Shown piece by piece: positions 12,327 to 24,390 of a stretch of 64,000 bases of DNA (positions within the stretch are counted from its first letter, which is position 1; each line of letters begins with the position of its first letter). Position numbers and translations under genes: made by a program. A model generated the notes under the pieces. That model did no database searches. It saw only the letters and a list, made by a program, of their open reading frames with translations, and was not told where the DNA came from. Source of the stretch: Octopus sinensis. Taxonomy: Eukaryota. Location of the stretch: positions 5,270,001 through 5,334,000 of the forward strand of contig NC_043020.1 in assembly GCF_006345805.1 (NCBI RefSeq). Reading direction: 5' to 3'.

Positions 12327-13677
12327 TGCCCTGATGCAGTACCAGGCAGTTGTTCTCATGGCTTCTGATCTTAACTGATTGGAAGTGTCATGTACATTGT
12401 TTTGTCTTGGTATAAAAGATGGGTTTTACAGCAAATATTTTGCTCAATACCACAGATTTGCTTGTCAGTTGTTTGACCTTAACCAGTTGAGCATGTCCCT
12501 TAGTGGCTGACGATATGTGCATCTCTGATCACGAGCAGAAGTAGTGAGGGAGTATCATAGCCATGTGTTGAGAGGGATTCTTTGGGGTTTGAATAATTCA
12601 CCGCTGGAAACATGGGTGTTTCGTTCAACATCCTTAAACAATCCTTATTCAGGGACCTTTTGAGCAGGATGGGTTACTCGAGCAGAAGAAAATTCTAACT
12701 GCGCCCCACCTGCAAGGTCATGTGCTGTTTATCTTGATATGAGATTACCATATCGCGCACATATGGTTGTGATGCATGTGCCTGGTGTACCCTTATCAGA
12801 CGGGTAGTCATGATGGGTATACTGGGCTTCGCATATTTTACCCCAGTGTCACTTTGATGGCATGAACTGCTCTCTCACTCAAAAGTAATAATAATAATAA
12901 CAACAACATCATTATTATTATTATCATAAACATTTCAAGGTCCACTTTTCCATGTTTGCATAGATCAGGTGGAATTCATTGAAACGGATTTTTTTTGCCT
13001 CTGTTGTCCAGGCATTTCCATGGAAGATTAGAAGTAAACACCACCACATATATGAAGGAGAAGGGGACACTAATATACTCGCAGACAAATGTGTGCACAC
13101 AGAATACTGGTGAACAGTGGAAATAAATGCTCAACACTGCATTTGGTAATCCTGTCCAACATGAAACCATTGGTAGTAAGTTCAATCCACAAATAAAATA
13201 AAATATATATACACAGACACACATACACATATATACATATACACTAAATATATTTTAAGGATCATAGCATCTTTTGAAAAATGTTATGATTAAATAAATA
13301 AATACTTGAGTCAATTAAGTAACTGATAATTACAGAAAATAATTCCAATAATTAATAATGAAACAAAATTGATTTTTGGGAAACATACAATAAAAAGAGC
13401 AAAACAAAAATATTTATAAAATGAGAGGAAAAAGACAAAGAAATCAACATGATGAGTAATTAAACGAAAATAATTAAAACTTTAAAATATATTAAAAAAA
13501 TTTTTATGAATTGGATTAACGAGAAAATTTTGGATTAACTTTGAAAAATGATTTAGATTTACTGAAAATACAGTTTTAGGATTAATTTAGAACAATGAGA
13601 ACAATAATAAAACAAAACAAAAAGAAACAAGAAATATATTAATTTGTTGATTTAAATAAATAAATGTATGTATGGCA

Positions 13678-13726
<49 letters not shown>

Positions 13727-13946
13727 CACACACACATATATACATACACACACATATGTTCATTATTCTTTGAAAGAGTTCAATTACTTTGCCTGCATGA
13801 ATTGGACAGAGTTTACTGTTGCCAATCCTCACTTGTTTCCAAGCAAGGCTAATATTTTCATGCCCAGAAAACTGGAAAGGAACCACCACTGCTTGTAATG
13901 ATGGTGATGCTCATTTACAACCATCACATGATGTCAATTCACAACA

Positions 13947-13985
<39 letters not shown>

Positions 13986-15416
13986 CATACAACACATATG
14001 TTCATTATTCTTTGAAAGAGTTCAATTTACTTTGCCTGCATGAATTGGACAGAGTTTACTGTTGCCAATCCTCACTTGTTTCCAAGCAAGGCTAATATTT
14101 TCCATGCCCAGAAAACTGGAAAGGAACCACCCTGCTTGTATGATGGTGATGCTCATTTACAACCATCACATGATGTCAATTCAAAGACACACACACACAC
14201 ACATATATGTATATTAGAAGGTTTGGAGATGATGTACAGGTATTTTATATTAGAAGAAATGAGGTACTCAGAAATTCAGATGGTTTTATATTTACAGATA
14301 TTTATTTGTACATTACGTGTTTTTATACATCATATATCAGCGCTTTCATCCATTCTAGTGGAGTCTTCAAATTGGTGAACAGTGGAAATAAATGGACGAG
14401 AGCACTATATATGTATATAAATACATACATATATATATATATATATACACACACATGCCACAGGACAAGCTTCTTTCAGTTTCCATTGAACAAAGGCTTT
14501 CGTTAACCAGGGCTGTTGTAGGGGACACTTGCCCAACGTAGTGACAAACAGTAAGGTAATGTTTCCCCGTGGCCAGACATGTTTTCACAACAGATTGGAA
14601 ATGAAGGACACTGCTTGTATGACAGTGACACTCATTTACGACCATCACATGTTAACAAGGCAGGAAGGTACAAACACGCATTAACACACACATTCAATGG
14701 GCTTCTTTTAGTTTCACAAGGCTCTAGATGGTCTGAGGATGAAATTATGAACACATGCACAAGGTGACACACAGTGGAACTGAACTTGGGACCACGTGAT
14801 TGGAAACTTAATTTCTTAACCACACTGCCAAACATACATACATATGCACACACAAATATATATATATATATATACTCTTACTCTTTTTTGACTCTTAATT
14901 GTTTCAGTCAGTTGACTACGGCTATGCTGGAGCACCGCCTTTAGTCGAGTAAATCGATCCCTGGACTTATTCTTGGAAGCCTAGTACTTATTCTATCGGT
15001 CTTTTTGCTGAACTGCTAAGTTACAGGGACGTAAACACACCAGCATCGGTTGTCAAGCGATGTTGGGAGGGAGACAAATACAAACACACAAACATATACA
15101 CACACACATACATATATGATGATGATATATGCATATCTACAACGGGCTTCCTTCAGTTTCTGTCTACCAAATCCACTCACAAGGCTTTGGTCAGCCTCCC
15201 TCAGACCTAGGCATCCACTGCTTGCCACTATCACTCACTCAGTCGCTTTCAAGTATCAGTAGCGTTAGAATGAAAATAGTGTTGAAAAATATTAATCTGA
15301 CACATGACCAGATTGACTGACGACTTGTCACTCAGAACAGAACTCAGTCGTAAGTAAAGGAGAAGGTGCGTGTGTGTGTGTGTCTATATATATATATATA
15401 TATGTGTGTGCGTGTG

Positions 15417-15640
15417 TTTCTTTATTGTCCACAAGGGGCTAAACACAGAGGGGACAAACAAGGACAGACAAAGGGACTAAGTCAATTACATCGACTCCAG
15501 TGTGTAACTGGTACTTATTTAATCGACCCCGAAAGGATGAAAGGCAAAGTCGACCTCGGCGGAATTTGAACTCGGAACGTAATAGCAGAAGAAATACCGC
15601 TAAGCATTTTGCCCGGCGCGCTAACGTTTCTGCCAGCTCA
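15417..15640 (-). mobile_element. SINE family A (tRNA-derived), representative full copy
   Basis: Minus strand GAGCTGGCAGAAACGTTAGCGCGCCGGGC...GTTCCGAGTTCAAATTCCGCCGAGGTCGAC (B-box-like)...TTAGCCCCTTGTGGACAATAAAGAAA. Other copies near 27340, 27540, 28130, 40410, 49140, 51605, 58310 and 63530. Confidence 0.85.
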
Positions 15641-15653
15641 CACTTATATTGTG

Positions 15654-15753
15654 NNNNNNNNNNNNNNNNNNNNNNNNNNNNNNNNNNNNNNNNNNNNNNN
15701 NNNNNNNNNNNNNNNNNNNNNNNNNNNNNNNNNNNNNNNNNNNNNNNNNNNNN
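15654..15753. other. Assembly gap (100 N)
   Basis: Run of exactly 100 N. Confidence 1.
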
Positions 15754-16999
15754 AGTTACTTTTCAGTTTCCGTCTACCAAATCCACTCTGAAGGCTTTGA
15801 TAGACCAGAGTCTATAGAAGATACTTGCCCAAAATGCCACGCAATAGGACCGATCCCGAAACCATGTGGTTGGGAAACGAGTTTCTTACTACACAGCTAC
15901 GCCTGCGCGCGCATACACAGATAAGGAGAGTTTAAAACATAGCAATACTTTCTTACCAAAACTTTCGTATAATCATATGTAGAATTCTCTCCACTCCAGT
16001 TGCCATCAACAAACCATTTCCCCTCAAATTATTGGTTAGCTCGAGTCTACTGCCAGACACAACGCCTTCTCGATTGTTTCGGCTTCTACTTGGTCTACCT
16101 TTTTTCTGTTCCACCGAATAAACTTTACATACAGTGGTTCTTTTCATCATGTCCTCCATAACTTACTGTGGAGGCGACAACAACTTTACGTCAACACCTA
16201 CTCATTTTCTTTCTTTATTTTGGCCCTCAGACTCCTAACACAGAGGGGGACACTACAAGGACAGACACAACACCACCACACTGGGGACAATAATAAACAT
16301 AAAACGAATGAGGTTGAATATTCTTTTACTTGTTTCAGTCATTTGACTGCGGCCATGCTGGAGCACCGCCTTTAATCGAGCAAATCGACCCCGGGACTTA
16401 TTCTTTTGTAAGCCCAGTACTTATTCTATCGGTCTCTTTTGCCGAACCGCTAAGTGACGGGGACATAAACACACCAGCATCGGTTGTCAAGCAATGCTAG
16501 GGGGACAAACACAGACACACAAACACACATATATATACGACGGGCTTCTTTCAGTTTCCGTCTACCAAATCCACTCACAAGGCTTTGGTCAGCCCAAGGC
16601 TATAGTAGAAGACACTGGCCCAAGGTGCCACGCAGTGGGACTGAACCCGAATAAAAGAATTTTTTAGCCTCAAAGTGTTAAAAAAAATACTGACACAAAA
16701 TTACAACTGCAAAAGCAACTTACAAACACCTGACGACGTGCTGACGTTTCTGTCAGCTTTGGTGATCCAATTAATGATTGTTAGCTCTGCCTTCAAACTT
16801 TCCGGTCTTCTAGCGACCACCCTGTATATGATGCATGGACACCAGGGTGACATATCCTGCATGTTCCAAAGCACTTCCATAAGTTTGTCCTAAACGTCCA
16901 TGCTCAGGAGTAGAGCCAAGATTTTGGCATGGGGTGGGGGCTGTCGCCCAAAAGTTTCGAAAAAATACATATATACTACGTAAGGGGTATCGCAATTTG

Positions 17000-17411
17000 G
17001 GATCTTTCCGGTTTGAACGGCAGTTTTTCCTAGCGGTGTCATATGAAATTGTCACCCATAATTGTGACCCTAGTATCGATCTATTGCATTTCAATCTGTT
17101 TTAGGGTTAGGGGTGGGGGCAAGGGTATCTTTTTTTCTTCACAAATGTAAATAACCTCAATCTGTTTCTTAAACGAGGGACATATTCATACGGCACAGAA
17201 TGTTTTTTTGCCTCAATAGACGTCATTGATTGGTTGAAATTGCAGAAATCGAAGAAAAAGACAACAAAAATCTTACAAACTACAGAATTTTCTCAATAAA
17301 GCCAAGAGCAAAAGATGTTTTATAAACACATTCTACCAGTATACGAAGTTTAAAAGTGTTTAGTTACGTGGAAATTATTTTAAAAAACTGCCGTTCAAAC
17401 CGAAAAGATCT
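17000..17411. mobile_element. MITE with about 28-bp TIRs and an 8-bp TSD
   Basis: GGATCTTTCCGGTTTGAACGGCAGTTTTT ... AAAAACTGCCGTTCAAACCGAAAAGATCT flanked by GCAATTTG at 16992-16999 and 17412-17419. Relatives at 25052-25677 and from 60264. Confidence 0.9.
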
Positions 17412-18851
17412 GCAATTTGTAACAAACGGACCCATTTTTGTGTATTCTTTGTTGTAGCAGACCATTTGTATATGAAGCAGTTGCCCGTAAAAGCTTGGTC
17501 CCGATTTTCTTTTTGGTGTCGGCTCGGCTAGAAAGGGTGTTGCCCGGGTAACTAGCACAACATCCCCTGCATCCGCCACTGGATGCTGGTTATCTTATTT
17601 TTAGTTATCCTTTGTTTCATACGTTCTGAATAATATAAAGCTTTCCTTTCAAAAAGTCTCAAATTACTCTGATGGTTAAAAATTTAGAAAACCAAAAAAA
17701 AAAAACAAAAAAAACTTCTGAATTTGTATCATATATGATACATGGAGACCAGGCAAATATGTCCGGTGTGCCACATGTGATACACGTGACAATCAAAGGG
17801 TAAGATAAATTAATGGACATTTCTTGTTGAGTGTTTCTCAAAAAGAACCCGAGTAGCTAAGGAGATGCAAGAAATTAGACGCGACTGTCTGCTCAAGTTA
17901 ATAATTCTACAAATAAAATATATTAAATTAGTTTCAACAAGGACAAAAAAAGGCAAAACAAAGACAAGCATCTAAACTCAATTAGTGATTGCTGACTAAT
18001 GAACGTGAGAAGAGATTAATTACCCAGAATAATTCAAGATTTTTTGTATAAACATCCATGAGGGAGAGACTGAGTGACTTTAAAGTCGATGCTTCTAAAT
18101 CATAAAATGGTTAGATTCTTGTTCTAAAACAGGTTTCTTTCCTTTTGATGCTATACATTCAAGAAAGAGCATGCTGGATGTTGTGGCGTTCATGCCATTT
18201 TCGAAGACATCAGAACAGAAACGTAAATAAAATTAAATGTAGTTCTATCTAGGGTATCGAAACCACATCGCAAACTCGGCAAACGAGGTAAAACATTGCC
18301 TCGACACTATTACACCCAGTTCGATTTTTCAAACATTAAAGATATTTTACGTTCACAAGTATAAGGAAGAGAAGGGGTATTATGGTCAGCGATGACCATG
18401 ATAAAAATCCAGATTTCTGATTTCGATATCGAAGATTTCAAACGCTAAATCACACTTAACGACATTTAAATTCGGCGGGGGAAAATGTAGAAAAATCGGG
18501 ATTAAATAAAGCATTTTGTTTCTTATTTGAAATTTGTTGCAGTTTTTAAGAAAGGAAAGATAAATATCTGACCGAAGAGATTAACAACTTGAAGCGGTTG
18601 CATGAGGTAATTCATTTTTCTTTACAAAGCAATTTGCATTTAAACTTTTAAAATGTCTTATAAAGTTATTTCAAATAAGTTAAAGTTTTATAAAGTTAGT
18701 TTGAGGCATTGCTACGTATTAATTATAACAAATAATGTAATTATAATAATTTAAATTATTTTCTTAATTTATCTTTTCTCTAAGTTAGTAGTTTAGTATC
18801 ACATTGTCGGCAAGACAAACCAACCATTCTCTATAATTTCAGATTAATTTT

Positions 18852-20393
18852 TTACAATAATTTTTTTTCCACCCCAGAAGAAGTTTGTGTTTTGACCGAA
18901 TAAATCTCATAAAGGGCGAGACTGAACCAGCTATGCGTCAACACACGGTTTATATTAGGGCGTTGAATAAAATCACGGTTTAACAAGTGTTCGACAAAAT
19001 CGCGACTGAGTTCTGTATGGTTCCATTCTCTCAGAGGCCAGTAACTTTGAGAACGAATACACGAATCGGGAAATAAATGTTCACGTTTAAATAAGTAATA
19101 AGATATAATGCCCAGGGCCCAAATGTCCGGTTTTAGAGGATCGAAACTCCGTGTTTGGAACAGTTCCGGAGCAGCGTATGTATATGTAACAAACGGATAA
19201 TTCATATATCTATCAGGTGCGACGAAGCAAGAAGAGCCGAAACCAGATATTTTTAATTTACCATTTTTACCAACTAATATATTCTCCAAAGTCAGGTTTC
19301 TGTGGGCGATGTTGCGTGAATGAAGAAACGATATTCCGCAACATATTTCCTCCACCATTGATATATATTCAAACTCGCTGAGGTAACCAACCCGTGTTAA
19401 GTACTCCATCAAAGAACCGTTTTCCTGGAGATACGATACCGTATATACAGTGTCTTCCAAACGAAATGCCCCTAACAGAGATAAAACATCTTCGTTGGTT
19501 TTACCATCATCGTTCATTTGTTTGAAAAGCATCAATTCCGTATCGACCGAATGACAAACGGTATTTTTGTAATGATGCAGACATACGGCTTTTATGCACA
19601 GAGCTTCCTTGTTGTGGAGGTTAACCGCCTTGAAAATCCTTGTGAAAGACCCGACCCACATATCACCAGTAAGCTGACACGAAACATTGTTCAAAGTCTC
19701 CATTAGAATTTGATAATCAATGCATCCATCTATCGCACAGTCATGAGAACTGTGGTGAAGTTTGGTCGGCAGATCGACGGCTGGGAGGGTTTCCAAGGTA
19801 GTTTTTATTGTTTTAGGATACAAAGATTTTTCAATGCTCGTCTTACTAAAAGCGACATCGTTACAGCATTGATAGTCATTCGGGTTTGCTAACAAATGAG
19901 AACATCTTGATCCACCGGTGCAGATTTTGTTGTGTTCTATGTAAAAGTTTGCAATTCTTAGCAAGTAAGGAAGCGGACATGGAATTGTCATTTGGTAGGT
20001 ATTATAACTGTCGAAGGAATTAGAGCTATTCGGACATTGGGAACAACGGAAAAACACCCAGTGGTTGATGTATATATGATTTCCACACTTAAAAATGTTT
20101 GCGTTGCTCGTGGCTTCAGACTTACTATGATACAAGAGAGTGCACCGGATGCACGGTACATATACCAAGTGGCCTTGCTCAGGGAACGATCCAGGATTTT
20201 CCGGTAACGCTATGGACATTACATCGTTAACCAAAAGTTTCGCAGGTCCTTTACTTGCAATAGTAGCCGAATAAATATGATTTTCAGTTTTTATTCGGCC
20301 GTATTTTCTATCGTGGTCTTCCTTACTTGGTAGATCGTCGGCTGTTATTTTACGAGGTTGTGTTTTCATTACATGGTTGGTAAATTGTGGCAT
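18852..20393 (-). CDS. Intronless Ser/Thr kinase-like protein (TSSK/CAMK-like), predicted pseudokinase with Cys/His-rich N-terminus, 513 aa
   Basis: Open ORF with gccATG context. Kinase motifs GSFTRI, ALCIK, TELMLF, HRNLTLENILV, KISGFG, YAAPELF, DIWALGII and QRPNINRVLTHSWF. Confidence 0.88.
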   Translation of the reverse strand: MPQFTNHVMKTQPRKITADDLPSKEDHDRKYGRIKTENHIYSATIASKGPAKLLVNDVMSIALPENPGSFPEQGHLVYVPCIRCTLLYHSKSEATSNANIFKCGNHIYINHWVFFRCSQCPNSSNSFDSYNTYQMTIPCPLPYLLRIANFYIEHNKICTGGSRCSHLLANPNDYQCCNDVAFSKTSIEKSLYPKTIKTTLETLPAVDLPTKLHHSSHDCAIDGCIDYQILMETLNNVSCQLTGDMWVGSFTRIFKAVNLHNKEALCIKAVCLHHYKNTVCHSVDTELMLFKQMNDDGKTNEDVLSLLGAFRLEDTVYTVSYLQENGSLMEYLTRVGYLSEFEYISMVEEICCGISFLHSRNIAHRNLTLENILVGKNGKLKISGFGSSCFVAPDRYMNYPFVTYTYAAPELFQTRSFDPLKPDIWALGIISYYLFKREHLFPDSCIRSQSYWPLREWNHTELSRDFVEHLLNRDFIQRPNINRVLTHSWFSLALYEIYSVKTQTSSGVEKKLL

Positions 20394-20828
20394 GGCTGAG
20401 GAATTAAATAGAAACGTTTTTAGACTTAAGTAGGTGAAATAAATGACTGAAAGAAACTAACCTACATTTCAACAAAGAATACAAGATATCAAAGTATTGA
20501 AAATATTTTCCTTATATCGAGAAAACTGCCGTAAAAAACAAATTTGAGTTCGCTTCTCGCTATAGGCCATCTCTCAACAAAACTTAAACCTTTTTTTTCT
20601 TTTACTTATAAAAAAAAAATACTGGACGAGTTCATTTATATATAAACTTCTGATTTTTTAACTTTCTAGACTATTACAATATACGTGGTTTAAAAGCTTG
20701 CTTTACAATCACACGGTTTTGGGTTCAGTCCCACTGCGTACAACCTTGGGCGAGTATCTTACGATAGGCCAGAGTCAACCGATGTCTTGTGAATGAATTT
20801 AATAGACTGAAAGTGTGTTAAAGCCCAT

Positions 20829-20874
20829 CATACATACATACATACATACATACATACATACATACTTACCTACC

Positions 20875-20908
<34 letters not shown>

Positions 20909-21280
20909 AATACATACATACTTACCTACCTACATACATACATACATAAATATATACATACATACATACATACTTACCTACCTACATACATACATACATA
21001 AATATATACATACATACATACATACATACATACATACATACATACATACATAAATATATACATACGTGCATGCATACATACATACATACATACTTACCTA
21101 CCTACCTACCTACATACATACATACACACATATACATACATACATAAATATATACATACATACATACATACATACATACATACATACATACATACATACA
21201 TACATACATACATACATACATACATACATACATACATACATACATACATACATACATACATACATACATACATACATACG
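20829..21280. repeat. (TACA)n microsatellite array with interspersed CTTACCTAC variants
   Basis: Direct reading; source of the HTYI/YVCM ORFs. Confidence 0.95.
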
Positions 21281-21591
21281 GGCCTACCAAAGCCTTTTGA
21301 GTGGATTTGGTAGACGGAAACTGAAAGACGCCCGTCGTATATATGTATATATATATGTATGTGTGTGTATATGTTTGTGTGTCTGTATTTGTCCCATCCA
21401 ACATCGCTTGACAACCGATGCTGGTGTGTTTATGTCCCCGTCACTTAGCGGTTCGGCAAAAGAGACCGATAGAATAAGTACTGGGCTTACAAAGAATAAG
21501 TCCCGGGGTCGAGTTGCTTGATTAAAGGCGGTGCTCCAGCATGGCCGCAGTCAAATGGCTGAAACAAGTAAAAGAGTAAAATAGTAAAAGA

Positions 21592-21635
<44 letters not shown>

Positions 21636-21692
21636 TATATAATATGAATTAGAGATAAAACCACTATTATGCAACTCTGGAGTTATACTCCC

Positions 21693-21726
<34 letters not shown>

Positions 21727-22205
21727 GTATATGTGTGTGTGTGTTTGCCCCACACCATCACTTGACAACCGGTGTTGGCGTGTTTACGTCCTCTCACCTG
21801 GCGGTTCGGCAAAAAGAAACCAATAGAAACAAGTACCAGACTTAAGAAATAATAAACAAGTCCTGGGGGTCGGTTCATTCGACTAAAAATTCTACAAGAA
21901 GGCGGTGCCCCAGCATGGCCGGAGTGCAATGAATAACACAAATTAAAAAAAATATAAAACACCATTAAATTTTTTAACGGGTGAAAACCGCCATTAAAAT
22001 ACAAACACCATTAAAATACAAGAGCAGGTAACTCTTAGTTGTTTTATTTCTGCAACTTCAGGAACTCTTTGATATGTAGAGGTAGAATTAGTCCAGTTAA
22101 AGAGACGAGTTGGATGTAAATATTGATGTCGGAATCTCATCCTTTCTGAAATTTCCTCCTTTTTCTGTCTCTGGGTGTTTATTTCTCGTGGTTGCCGTCG
22201 AAATA

Positions 22206-22313
22206 ATGGCAGCTGTTGTGTCTGTCCAGTTAGAGTCGGCGGCCTACCTCGTCTGCTTGACACACGCTCTGTCTACGGAGCGAGAAGAAGTTATGGGACT
22301 CTTGCTTGGAGAG
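22206..22313 (+). CDS. BRCC3: BRCC3/BRCC36 exon 1
   Basis: MAAVVSVQLESAAYLVCLTHALSTEREEVMGLLLGE (JAMM Glu region), GT donor, phase 0. Confidence 0.95.
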
Positions 22314-22499
22314 GTGAACTTTTTTTTTTTAAATTATGTTCCATGTCTTTAAGAGTCTCTGTGTGTGTTTATTGTGTCTGTGTAATAAATGTGTGCTTAT
22401 GATATGTCATGGGTGCGTGTACGTAATATGTGTAGGTGCCAGTAGAATGTGCGTAAATATAGTGTGTACTCGTGTCTATAATGTGCAAATAGTCTTCAG

Positions 22500-22933
22500 T
22501 GTGTGTGTATATGTCTGTGTAACATATATTGTATGTGCGTGTATGTATATATATAAAAATGTGCGTGTATATATATAATGTATCTATAATATATATAGTA
22601 TGTGCGTGTATGTATGTATAATATATATATATATATAATGTCTATAATAAATATACTATGTGCGTGTATATATATATAATGTGTCTATAATATACTATGT
22701 GCGTGTATATATATAATGTCTATGATATATATAGTATGTGCGTGTATATATATAATGTGTCTAATATATATAGTATGTGGGTATATATATATATATCTGT
22801 AATATATGTGCATGTATATATATAATGTGTCTATAATATGTATAGTATGTGCGTGTATCTATAATGTGTGTAATATATGTAATATGTGCGTGTATATATA
22901 TGTGTCTGTATAATATATATATATGTGCGTGTA

Positions 22934-22965
<32 letters not shown>

Positions 22966-23000
22966 GTGTTCATGTATATATAGTATGATGTATGTCATAT
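22500..23000. repeat. Higher-order TA-rich minisatellite (TATAATGTGTCTATAATATATAGTATGTGCGTG-like units)
   Basis: Recurrent variable units of roughly 35-45 bp. Confidence 0.8.
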
Positions 23001-23599
23001 TGTGTATAATTATACGTTTGTATGTATGTTTATGTAATCTAGCTATCTATATACAACCTTATCGAAACGTTAATCGCTCACCTTGGCTGAATGCCAGATT
23101 TTAAGAGAGAAAAGGGCTATAAGTCAATTGTTTGACTGCTACTTTTAATATATTGACCTCAGAACGATGATAAACAGAATTAACCTTGGTGAAATTCGAA
23201 CTCACAACGTAAAGGGACCTACCAGATAAAAAAAAAAAACATTTAGTCCGACGCTCTATAGAAAGATGGAGAAAATTGTTGAATTTTTACGTAAAGAACG
23301 GCTTTTTTGGGGGCAGAAAGGACCACAAAGAAACGATTCTACGTTCACCCATTTAATAATTAAATCATCGTTATATAAGTGACTACAAACCTTAATTATA
23401 ATTAAACTGAGTTAATTGCCGTTTTAGGGTGGGTTTTCTACAGGTATAAAAGCAACACACCTTGGAATTTTTATAGACATTCTGGGATTCCACAGATATT
23501 TAGTGTATGTAATAATTTACGAGTCTCTGACGGTGCCTGTAGTTACTAAGACTAATTAAACTAACTTAATTATCGTTGTGTAGTAGATTTTATAAACAA

Positions 23600-24001
23600 C
23601 TAGCAGTATCGCCCGGCGTTGCTCGGGTTTGTAAGGGAAATAACTATATAAGCATTTTTAGAGAGTTATAGCCAAAAAATAGCAAAAAAATGCATTAAAA
23701 ATGGAAAAAAAAATGATGGTAAATTTTTTTTTAAATCGTTGACTCATCGTAGACATTTTTAGAGAGTTACTTCCCTTATATAATAACGAAAAAAATGCAT
23801 TAAAATGGAAAAAATGATGGGAAATTTTTTTTTAAATCGTAGACTCATCGTAGACGCGCGCTAATACCCAGAAGGGCTCGATATGAATCACGACTATAAG
23901 ATACCCGCTTTTGGTTAAACTGCACCGCAAAATGTGGGAGAAGTTAGGAATCTAAATCGTAGGAGACAGACATCACACAACCTCACTTTTATATATAAAG
24001 A
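23600..24001 (-). mobile_element. Non-autonomous Helitron-type element
   Basis: Minus strand begins TC, ends CTAG, sits at an A^T site and has the subterminal hairpin CCCGAGCAACGCCGGG. Confidence 0.8.
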
Positions 24002-24390
24002 TAAAACAACACTTTAGAATTTGGGGAGACATTGGGGGGAACCCAGCATGTCGTTTCTATGTAGTCTCCGTTTTTTTACGGGGGTAGGTACTGAGAAGTT
24101 ACTGGCTTTGGGTAGAAGAAAATACAAGAGGCTCTGTTAATTATGATTTTCAACATATTCCCCCTCTCAGAATCACAAACTTATTGTAGAGGCCCTTCAC
24201 TTATTCTAATCCCTGTAAAAGAACTCGGAACGTTGGGCCTCCAACCAGGCCTTTCTCGACATCCCCCATAAAAAGAATTGGTCGTTGTTTACTTAGGTTA
24301 TTGATACGTTTACCGAAAGATTAATAAAGTTAGTTCTAGCGCATTAATCATAGAGAAGGTCAACGTTCTAATTATTATATTTATTTGCGT

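Noticed and set aside
15953-16159. 68-aa minus ORF in unique-looking DNA near the gap
   Set aside because: No recognisable motif or splice context.
18200-18620. CpG-richer patch that might be a promoter or first exon
   Set aside because: No linked exon or clear motif; may be the kinase 3' flank or an old repeat.
21066-21521. HTYI/YVCM-repeat ORFs
   Set aside because: (TACA)n plus SINE sequence; no coding signal.
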